Positions 37,301-49,300 of a DNA stretch of 64,000 nt are shown in pieces (the first letter of the stretch is position 1; each line of letters opens with the position of its first letter). The notes beneath the pieces were generated by a model. The model saw only the letters and a list, made by a program, of their open reading frames with translations, was not told where the DNA came from and made no database searches. The position numbers and the translations under genes were made by a program. Source of the stretch: Schmidtea nova (lineage: Eukaryota); the NCBI GenBank assembly GCA_044892505.1, contig CM097882.1, forward strand, positions 43,462,001-43,526,000, in the 5' to 3' direction.

Positions 37301-40300
37301 GTTTTGTCTGGCGAGGGCCAGGATCAAGCTACGTAGTTGTTCATGACGAGACCACCAATTCGCGAATAAAATTAATGTAATTAATCTGGAACCGAATAGA
37401 GATGAGTTCGTATCCAGTTCCCACAATGCTCAGATCTTCCGTTCACCAGGTGAACGAACAGATCAAGCCGTGGCATTTTTTGAGTAAAAGGGTAAAATGA
37501 AATTGGTTTTGAAATAGAGCTTTCGTAGGGGGTGGGTAAATTACTTCTATACTATGGATGTCCACATCGCAACGTAATGAATGCCGAGAGAGGGGAGTAG
37601 TGAACAAACGTTTCTACCAACAGTGCATAAAGAGAATCAACACAAACCTATCGAGACAATGTGTTCAGTAAACTATTCCACAGGTTTACACTAAAGATAC
37701 CGGATGTCGTAGTGTTCACTATACCGTTAGCCATATTCCCTCAGCAGGTAAGGTTTAACCAGTAATTTTTCGATTGAATCCGCCAATGGTATGATAAGTT
37801 TAACGGTTCTGAGGTACAGTAAATTATCTTTCTTGAATATGTGAGAGGAGTTTTGTTAAGACAGGCTGTGCTATAAATGGATACCACCCGATGGGAGTCG
37901 AATCAGTAATTAATTGGATTTTAAAGGAAAATTGTACGGGTATTGCCTCGTGGTGGTTGTGCACTACTATTAGACATAATGTTTTAACTCACGAGAAACC
38001 CAATTACATAAATAGTATATTATCGATACTAAGAAATGGAATTCTTCGAGTCAGTTGGGGTCATCATTGTTGATACTGCGTGACTAGTCGTGAACTAATT
38101 ATCACTACCATTCTTGAGGAATACTTCGATCCTAACTTCTGTCATTCTAGATGTACTACTATGATCATCCCAATACGACTATAATCGGCTTGAACAGACC
38201 GGAACTCAGACGCGTGGCAAACATGATCCCACTTATCGAATTTTTGCAAATTAGAAACATGAAGTGAGTGCCTACGCTGAATCTACCTCAAAGAGTCATT
38301 CGGGGGGTTTTCTTGCTAAACTTCAAAAAGTAAAGGAAAGGCGATTCTCGAAAATATATTTCGGGAAGGAAAAAGGCTATGAAGTGAATGGTACGGATTG
38401 GAAAAATGGACAATCAATTTAAATGGGGAACAACCAGCCACTAGTAATGCCTTATTTCCCACGTTACCCAGTAGAGTCCCCAAGAGCAGAAAGTTATTCC
38501 AATCCAAAAATATTACAACGAAGAAGTTCTTGAAACATAACCGTTTGGTACACTCTAACCGACTATTGCGGATCAAGAGAAAAATAGTTCTGCCAGCCAA
38601 CAGAGAGAACAAGAGATGAACAAATCATACAAACGATATGCAGGTCCTTGAAACTCCTGAATAGCAGTCACATCGCGATTAGAACGATATTCGCTGAAGA
38701 ACTTATTGATGTGGCTAAACTTAGAACAACAGAAAAAGTAGACACTCTTATGGATGCACTTAAATGGCTAGATGGAACCTCTATTTATGTAAAGAACAAA
38801 AATGCAAAATCCACATGGATTACTAGAATCAGAACAGCTATACAAGATTTATCAAAACACAAAATTATACTGAAATATTTTTTAATGAAAGAATTCTCTG
38901 TTGCAAAATCACATGTGATACCGAATCCAAAGAAACTATAGTCACGGAAACAAATAACTTATCAAAGACCCTTCACTGGATGCTGAAGGACTCCTACTTC
39001 AAACAATGAAAATCAGCCACTTGTCAAGGATACCTCCTAAATCTGGAAGTATCAGAATATATGGAATGGAAAATGCCAAGAGGATTAAATGACATAGACT
39101 GGAGATTTTTAATAAAAGCAAGAGCGAACATGTTAGATGTCAACATGAAACAGTCAAACCAAGGGGGCAGACTTGGAAGCATAATATGCCGAAAATGTGA
39201 CCAACAAGAATCAGCTTCCCATGTAATTAACCACTGTCAATTTGGTACGTGGTCAAGAGTGGAGAAACATAACTATATTCAAAACCTCCTAACGAGCCTA
39301 TTAAGAGAAAAAGGCATCAACTATGAAACGGAGCGCACTCCAGTTGAATCAATGTCCAACCTGAGACCTGGCATAATAATAAGGACTAAACAACTCATCC
39401 TAATAGTAGATATCAAATGTCCCTTTGATGAGTCCAATAGCATCGAAATGGCGAGAAATAAAAATTATGAAAAGTACCTACCTATCGCAAATGAAATACA
39501 CAGATCCACGAATATCCCAACCAAAGTATTTACTTTTGTAGTGTGTTCCTTGGGAACATGGGATAAAAGAAATGACAATGTCCTTAGAAAGATGGGTCTA
39601 TCTTATGACATTTATGCAGACCTAAAGAACAAGATAATAAAAGCAGCAATAACAGGCTCAAGAAAAACCTATGAATTACACAGAGTTTTCCGAGAACATA
39701 ATTAATTAATTTAATTAATACATAGGATAAGCATGAAAATGCACTAATTAAGGTGTAATTAAAAACACTACAAACAAATTCAATAAGGAGTGCCTAAGCA
39801 CTAAGGAAATATATTTATTAACAGATGTATTGTGAACGCATCTTAACAATGATCACACTCGACTCCTTCCTTCCCTATCTTGTTCGACTCTGATCCTTCT
39901 CTGAGATAGATCTCGTCTTGCAGGTTTTAAGTTTCAGTTTCTGAAAAGATCTGATTAGTCTCTTTCGTAGTAGTAACAATATAAATAAATAGGTGCATTT
40001 AGTATTGTCCTTCCTTTCGATTTTCTTTTCATTTGCTGCACAATGTATCAGACTAAACCCGCTTAAGTAAATTAAATTATCTTTGAGTTTCACTAGTACT
40101 ATGAAATGATAAGACAACAATTCTGGTGGGTGAATCTGATTCACAATCCTACTGAAATCTTATAACCCTTTGTTATGAATCCCATGCTGAACTACTTCCT
40201 TTTTAGTTTGAAAGGTGCCAACTGTGATCGGAACAAAGATAAATCTGTGTAAGTGCTCCAAACCACGTGAGATCTGGATGGATCATTCCACCGAGGCTCT

Positions 40301-43300
40301 CAAATGCAGAATCAGTGAATTGGAGACGACTTATTTTGCCTCTTGACAAGTCAGGACACTCCACTAACGACTCGAACAGGTTCATGTTACCGTCTAGAGA
40401 TTAGAAAAAAAGTGCAAGGGACCTGTCTGGAACATTGTACGAAGGCAATGACAAAAGCCTACATAACGAAAGAACTAACTGAACACATCCGTTTAATGAC
40501 ACTCAAGAAATCTTTCCCAAATGAGACACTGTCCGACACCAAAACGATTATGCAAAGGCTCAAACGGGATCAAGGTTCTACGAATTCCAGTTCAAACAAA
40601 CAGAAGAGGACACATCACATGAGCGCACTGAAATGTCGGCGATTTAAAAGTTTCCAAGAACAACAAATTGCAAAAATCCTGACCACGGAAATAGATCGAT
40701 TGGATAACCTATCCGAATTATAACTATTGGACAAAGTGCTGAATTTGGACTCATTGTCATAGCTTAGAGTGAATAAATGTATTTTGTTAAAGTCAGGCTT
40801 CAGTTTAAATTACCGGTACACGTACATTCTCCCGTCTATTAATTTTCTTTTACGGCGCAGTGATCCAGTTAGATTAGGGTATACGAATGTTATAACTTTC
40901 GTTTAAATTAGTGACCAGAAGAGACTTGAGAGTAGATTAGAGGCTTCTATTGCCTACAGAACCTACAGGAATATAATGAGTGGGAGTAGTTCTAACACAA
41001 ATGCTCACTTGCTACTTTTTAAACGCCCGAGGTATATAGTACCAACGTGAGAGCAAGACATTTTCACGGGTATACGCTCAAAGGGTAGTGATTAATCTTA
41101 TGTAGGTAGCTGTTGGAGGATTGAGTGGATATCAACGACGTGTAACGATTACCTCTAGGTAAAGCCTCAATATTAAATCAGTTCCACCTGGCAATATTAA
41201 CCATTTATTCGTTCCCCTTAGTTGAATCGTCCAGTCAAACTGGTTTGACCAACGATCGTTCCCTATTAACTCGTCCAATATAAATAAAAGACCGTCTTAG
41301 CACGATCGCCCCGAATATATTCGACAAAAATAAATGGCTTTGTCTACTTCATCTAGCAACATGTAGACATGGTATTATTTAAGTTTAAGTGACAAAATTG
41401 ACATGCAATTCCAAAAAGATAACATTGTATAAAGGTTAACTATTTACCTACTGTTTGATAGAATGTATTTCTTTAATATTTCTTTTAAATCCAGAAAAAT
41501 CTAATTAAATCTTAAAAGGGTATGGACAAAAAAACTCAGTTTCCCAAGTGTCCAAATAAATGTAAACGATTCCACCAAATTTTAAATCCCCACAAAGTTC
41601 TAGAAATAATTTCAATCTAAAGAATTATTCAGCAAAATTCGAAAAGATAACCGAATCCAAATTTCAAAATTGGATCAACAAAACGAAATCCAGAATAATC
41701 GATATCGAGAATTAAATTCCAAAATTTTAAAAAAACTATAATTGCGCACACAGACGCGAAACATGATTTATAGCAATGCGCACACACACTCGAATAAATT
41801 ATAAAAAGGCAGAAACCCGCACACAGACACGAAAGAAAACATAATAAGGCACACAAAGACGCGATAAATTCACAATAAGGCGCACACGACCTAACAAAAG
41901 TTATACACACTCAAAGGCTCAAATTAAATTCCTAAAAGCGCNNNNNNNNNNNNNNNNNNNNNNNNNNNNNNNNNNNNNNNNNNNNNNNNNNNNNNNNNNN
42001 NNNNNNNNNNNNNNNNNNNNNNNNNNNNNNNNNNNNNNNNNNNNNNNNNNNNNNNNNNNNNNNNNNNNNNNNNNNNNNNNNNNNNNNNNNNNNNNNNNNN
42101 NNNNNNNNNNNNNNNNNNNNNNNNNNNNNNNNNNNNNNNNNNNNNNNNNNNNNNNNNNNNNNNNNNNNNNNNNNNNNNNNNNNNNNNNNNNNNNNNNNNN
42201 NNNNACTATAGATCAAAAAATTTTTTTTATAAACAATAACACAATATTTCGGCACAGCCTTTATCAAGTGTGTATTAAATACACACTTGATAAATACACT
42301 TGATAAATACACTTGATAAATATACTTGATAAATACACACTTGATAAAGGCTGTGCCGAAATATTGTGTTATTGTTTATAAAAAAAAATTTTTGATCTAT
42401 AGTCATTATGAGATTTATTGATAATAATAATAAAAAAAGATCAAAGGTTAAAAAAGATAATTATGATATTATTATTATTATTAACATGGCGACAGATTGT
42501 TTTGAAATTGTTTGATTCAATGCAGAAAAGTTTGTTTAAATATTAAATACTACGAAGGGCCATATAGAGTAATTCAGAAAGTTCATGATCGCCGATTCTT
42601 GTTACAAGACGAAAGTGGGAAAATGATCCAAAGAAATGTTGAAAAGAGAAAGAAATTTCTTAAAGAAGGGGGATATGAGGTATTTTCGGTAGATAGTTAA
42701 AAATTTCTGACAGTTTGTCGAAATAATTTTAAATGAGTTTGGAATTAAAATTAAAATTAAAAATACATTTTTATTATAAAGCAGGTAATAATAAATAATT
42801 TTTTTAAATATAATAAAAATATGATTAAGGGTTTGATTTTTAGATCGTGGTCATTATCTTCTACTTGTGAAAAATCTAACAAAAGTATACATAAACTTGT
42901 TTCTCTTCTGAATAAAAATGGATATTCAAAGGCTTTTGTAGAAAGACTGACTAAGGAAACCATTGATCGGCTATTGATTGAGCCTGATGAAAGCATTGGA
43001 AATGGTAGTCCATCTAATGATAGTGAACATTTAAAAACACACGTTTTAGTAATTCCATATTCGGAAGGTTTTAAAAATTTTAAGTGTTCTATAATGAAAT
43101 CCTTAGGAAATTCTAACATATTTAACATAGTGTCAAAGTCTTTAAAATCAGTAAATATGTTTAGTAATAAAGCTCAAACCCCAATAGGTTTAGTTTCTGA
43201 TCTAGTGTATAAGTTTTCTTGTAATGGGTGCAATGCCACATACATTGGAGAGACTTCCCGTCATCTCCGCACACGGGTTCAGGAACATAGCCGATTGAGA

Positions 43301-46300
43301 GGTATGAGTAATATTATTGAGCATAGAAAAATGTGTATAGGAGAAACTGATTTAAAAGATTTTAAAATTATATTAAAAAAAATTTAATAATAAATGGGAA
43401 AGAATATTATGTGAGGCGTTGGTGATTAAATCACAATCCCCTACAATTAATATTCAATCAGCAACGAATTTATTGAGATTATTTAATTAACTCATTAAAT
43501 CATAGCCATTACGTCATTACTGTTTCCGTATATAACATTTGATTTAGATTATGATGGCAGACTGATGATGAGGACTATGTCCTTGAAATATATTTCTATT
43601 GTTTGGCGATTTCGTGTTTTTATTAATAATAGGCCATCATTTTTTCGATATTTAAATCTTTTTAAAATTTAAATATTAAATATTTTGGATAAACAATTTA
43701 AAGTTAGTTAAATAATGCTAATTAAAAATATGTTTTTAAATTTTAAGATATAATTTTAAATAAAAAATTAATTTGATTTGTATTTTTGATATTGAATTCT
43801 TTTGAAAATTCTTTTGAAATTGTTTGATTCGATGCCGAAAGGTTTGTTTAAATATTAAACATTATTGTGGTATTAATAAATTTTGGAATATGAATTCAGT
43901 TAATGGAAATGTTTTTTCAAGCAACTTAGAAGANNNNNNNNNNNNNNNNNNNNNNNNNNNNNNNNNNNNNNNNNNNNNNNNNNNNNNNNNNNNNNNNNNN
44001 NNNNNNNNNNNNNNNNNNNNNNNNNNNNNNNNNNNNNNNNNNNNNNNNNNNNNNNNNNNNNNNNNGTGATATTTATTTATTTTATTAAAATTGTAAACTA
44101 ATAAGTCTTATAATGTTTCAGAATATATTTAATAAGAAAAATGATATATTAGCAAAATTCAAAGATGTACTAAAAAATCCACCGGCAAATATTTCTCCAA
44201 AGCAATTAGAAACTATGAAAAGCCGAATAGAAAATGTATGCAGAGCAGAAGGAGTTTTTCGAGAGAAATTAAATATTTTTGGAATTCAAGCAAATTTGAA
44301 ACAGAAATCACAAAAATGGGAAAATGATTTGAACTCGTGGGATACTCCAATACAATCAAAACAAGATTTGATTGATAGGATAGAACAATTTAATGTAAAT
44401 TTATTTACTTCATAAAAACTATTAGTTAGAAATTGTTTCATTTAATGTTCATTTTAAAAAACGATTTATATTTATTTTTTAATTTAAAAAAAATCATTTT
44501 AAATTTGATATTTGAACTATTTATTTAGAGGAAAAAGTCCTTATTTTCAAAATTTTACTCAAAAATTTTTAAATGCACCCTCTATGGAAACTACACAATA
44601 ACGCTCGGTCAAAACCGGGAAATCAAAACTGCAAACTGATGATGTATTATCTACACGGGATCGCCAATAATTTTATTATTTTAATGATAAAATATTTTAA
44701 AAATAATACTTGAAAAAAGGCAATTCTGAAAATTGAAAACATTTTGATTTAGAGTCTGAAAAAGAATGAAAATAAAATAAATTTCATAACAAATCTTAAT
44801 TTTGAAGTCCGATTTTGATTAGGTGACTGTTATACAAGTAACCCACCAAAATTAATTTATCCCATTTTAGTGGTGATTGAAAATTAGCACAAACACATTG
44901 ATAACTCAAGTTTCATGCAACTGTAAGTATTACTAAAATTTTCCCCTTTTATCTAAACACCGCGTAACACACGGGTTATTTGTATTTTAATAAAATATAT
45001 AAAATATACTGATCTGACCAAATAAATAATCTTTTTTTCATTGGCTATCATGAGTAGATTAGAAAAAATTGATAATTTATCCTACTTACCTCTACTTTTA
45101 CTCATATTTGGGATGTTTTTGCTCGTACTTTGTAGTTTCATATAAATAATTTCTTAACCTCCTTACCATAAGATAGTTCTAAAAAATATCAACTTTTGTA
45201 AATGTCTGACGCTGCAGTTTAAGAATATATAAAAATCTTGAAAATAAAATAAAAATCACCTTTTTGAACCTGTTAGGTGTAAAATTTGCAATACATAATG
45301 CATGAAACTAGACTCCAAATTTCCAAAGTCAATGTATACATAATATTAAGCGATTTCTTAAGATCTAGAAAACAAGTGGAATTGTGTAAATAAACTATGA
45401 AATTACATAGAACATTCAACGGCCTGATCAAATACAAATAACTTTAAGTATCAAAAGTTTACTTCATCTTCAAAAAATGACGGAAAGTAAAATAATTTAA
45501 AGAAAATTACTAAATTATTAACATAATCACTATATCATTTATATCTCGTATTTTTCACCTGTTAGTTTTCTTTTCTATTTCAGAAATATACCCTAGAAAA
45601 AGGCTAAGCTGGAATTTCGTGTACTTTTTATAAAAATTTATTTGATTTAAAGGAAGAATCATGTTAGGAACATATGTATAATACACACTTGATAAAGGCT
45701 GTGCCGGAATATTGTGTACTTATTTAAAGAAATTTTGATCTATAGTCATCCATTATGGGAATTATTGATAATAATAATAAAATTAATTACTATAATTAGT
45801 ATGAAAATTATTGAATTAACGAAAAATAATTCCGTATATTTTCATTTTTAAGCTAATAGGTCCAAATTAATTTTTACTAATCAGCACGATTTTTTAGCAG
45901 TGTTCTTTAAGAAAAAAAGTTTGATTTATTGTCTTAAAAATGAAAATTTATAAAATTGAAAAAAAGTTGCATGTGACGAGAAACAAAGATTTTGACTAAA
46001 GTAAAATGATTTAATATTAATTTTAAAATTTTTTATTAATATTGATAAATTACATGGTTACCCGCTAAACAACAATGTCATTGACAAGTTAACAGAAAAA
46101 TCTTAGAATATTAATAAATATATCTAAAATATTTAACATAAAAATACTAACTGTTGAAATATTGTTCATTAAGGTATCGATGGAAAATGGAACTTCTATG
46201 GATAAATTTACAAGCCAATTAGACGAGCTTATTAAGCGAAAAGTGAAATTTTGTAAAGAAAATCCTAACCAAGACGAAAACCTGTTAAATTTTATTAATA

Positions 46301-49300
46301 AAGCCATTACTGATTGCGAAGAGGAGAACGATGTATTGCCTGAAAGATTCCAATCTAGTTTAATGAAACTTGAAAATCTTTCTAGCTCATGGGACGAAAT
46401 TAGTGATGGAGAGCAAAAAATAGAAGTTATAAATAAAGATAGAAAATTATGTTAATATTATGAATTTCTATCTTAGACATTTTCAAGGAGATTAAGTAAA
46501 AGTCTCCAAATAGATGATTTACAGCAACAGAAGTCCCTTGTTGATCAATTACCCGAAATACTTGATCTGTTAAATGATGTGAAATGCAAAATACAAAATG
46601 ATTTGACTCCTCATTGTTCTCAAGAGTTACTAAAAAATATGAAAGAAAATTTAAATGAATTAGAAATTAATCTGAAAGACCTGGGTGATCAAGTAGGTTT
46701 TATGGAAATTCTGTAATTTATACTTTCTGATTGAGCCGCTTGTTTCAAATCATATAAGTCTAAATTCCCATATTGAAGTAGTTAAGTATTTATGGCTAAA
46801 CCAGATAAAAACTTTGATAAAAGTTTATACATTCGTTTAATTTTCATAACGAATTTTAATAACTTGATTAATATAGAAAATGGAAGGAAGGCAAATGGTT
46901 CTGATTAAACAGGCCTAAAGGTATTTTCCCTTAAAATAGAACTTGCAACACTGCCAAACCAAGGGGTTCAATTGATGAACAGTAATTTTTATGTTTACCC
47001 GGTCTAAGAAATTTGACTAATTTACGTAATTTCAGTTTCTTTTATATTGGTTTCTTTTTAGATTATTTCTTATGTATTTGACATGAATTTTCGATTCTGC
47101 TTTTTTGTTGAAAAAATGAAGAAAATTGAAAAATAAAAATTTGTAAAAAGAATTTGTAAAGATTTAGTGAAAAGAATAAAAGGATACTGATTTTTAATTT
47201 TAATTTTTATGAACATAACTAAAAGTATTTATTGTTTATCTAAGCAGCTTTTAAAATTGTGCATTTTATCTTTTTTTTCAAAACGCTTTTGAACTTTATG
47301 TAATCAGTGTGTCCAGCATTACAATAGCATTTTGGACTGCATCCTTTTATAACGGTAATTATCTCATAAACAAATTACCCAAGCTAGACTTTTACCCGTC
47401 CCTCTAGCTATATATATATATATATATATAGCATTCTTATACCGATTTTCCTCATTTTTTATTATTTCAATAATTAAAAAATATAAGTAAACATATACGA
47501 AAAGAGTTTAAGCTACATATTGGAATATTAATTATCTTGTAATTAATATTTCAAATAAATTAAAAACAAATATTTTGTTTTAATTTAGAAATTGTAGTAT
47601 AATAATCAATGTTCCCTCTAATTTCTCGAAGAGTATGTGCGCAGAAAATTCTGCCTGTGCAACTTTTTTGAGAAGCTGCATAATTTTGTGCGCTGTGCGA
47701 GTTTGAAAAATTACGAAATCCGCGATTAATATTGTCGTGCAACAACATCTCTTATAGTGTTGGCCCTATTACGATCATGTTAATTGATCGAGAATTAAAT
47801 AGGGTAATAGAATGTTCTGGCCATTAAAAAAAGCGATAGATATTTGAGCCCATGGAAGAGTACAATAAATCATCTTGTCTCGACAAATATAGCACACATT
47901 TCGCATTTCATTGTAAATTACTATTATATACTAGGGCAGAAAAATTACTCGGATTATGAGTCAGATATATCTAGGACTGGGAGAAGAAACGAATCATTGA
48001 TAAAATGTTATTATAGGTATAGAAAAACGTTCTACATTGTTGAGCTTTCAACGCTAAAACTACAGTTTATAACATGCTTTTTAAATCAATAAATGTTTAG
48101 TACAAACTTCAAAATTTACTCTGCATTGTCATTTTATCAGTCTTCCAAACTGCTCGCGAACAAAGCTCCAACTTGAAAGTTCCAAGTTGGAGCTTCCAAG
48201 TTATTCAAGTTCAAAGTTTAAACATAACAAAATTATAAACAATTCACAATTTTTCCCTTCGATCTTTAGTGTTAGCCCACTCCGAATAAACTGTGTCCAG
48301 ATTTATTATTCCGCCATCTAGCAGGTAACTTTTAATTCGCATGAGCATATCGAGATGAAATTCTTCTAAACGATTTCGTAATTTGGTATTTATATTGTTC
48401 ATTAAACTGAAACCTCGTTCACAGTCCACTTTTGAAGCTAGGAACGTTCCCCCTATATCCATAAGTTTGGATAGATGTTGAAACTGGTCACTTTGAAGTG
48501 CGTATGCAACCATGTCTGCATAATTGGAAACCAGTTTACTTTTTATCTTTTCTGCTACAACAAATTTGTCATCGTTATATTCTTGAACTACAAGATCAAT
48601 TTCATTGAGCTCAAGGAGATTCTTGTATTTTGAGCACAGATTCTTAATTTGTTCAATACCAAAACTGAAATCGCATTGTTTTATAGCGTCACAATCAAAA
48701 GCGGACCAGTCCTGAACTTCATTCTCTGGAAATCTATCTGCAAGATGGTCACAGAGGGATTGTATGAAGTTTAGTATGGACCGCGTATCCACGTCTTCAA
48801 TTTTTTTACCACTGTTCTTCAAAAGAAGTTTGATGTTTTCATCCCACGCTACTTCGCCACAGAGATACTGGCTTCTCATCTTATTCATTTTTCCTCTTGC
48901 CAAATCAAATGCATCAAGTGGCGTCAGAGAACGTTTTTGAAGAAGCACATACAAAGAAGCTAGTTCGGACAAAACACTTTTCAAAACATCCAAATTAATT
49001 CGAATTTCGAGTTTGTTCAACATCTTGTAGCAGTATTTAGAAACTGGATCATTGTTAGTATTTTTTTATTGCTCAAAATACTTCAACAGAGGATCGTAGT
49101 TCCGAACAAGTGCTTCCAAAGCAAAATGCCTTGATAGCCAGCGCACTTCATTGATTGGTCTAAATGCCACTGAATCACATTCCAAAACTTTTGCAATCTC
49201 TTCAAACTTGCACTGTTTCGTGGACGATCTGCAGAACACTGTATAAACAGTCCTAATTAAAGTTTCCAGATCCCCCGTTAATTTGATTTCTTTCCATGAA

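Noticed and set aside
44529-44640. Possible extra nesprin exon after TTATTTAG
   Set aside because: Frames end in stops without a suitable donor, and exons 44394 and 46174 already join in a nesprin-like way (QFN|VSMEN).
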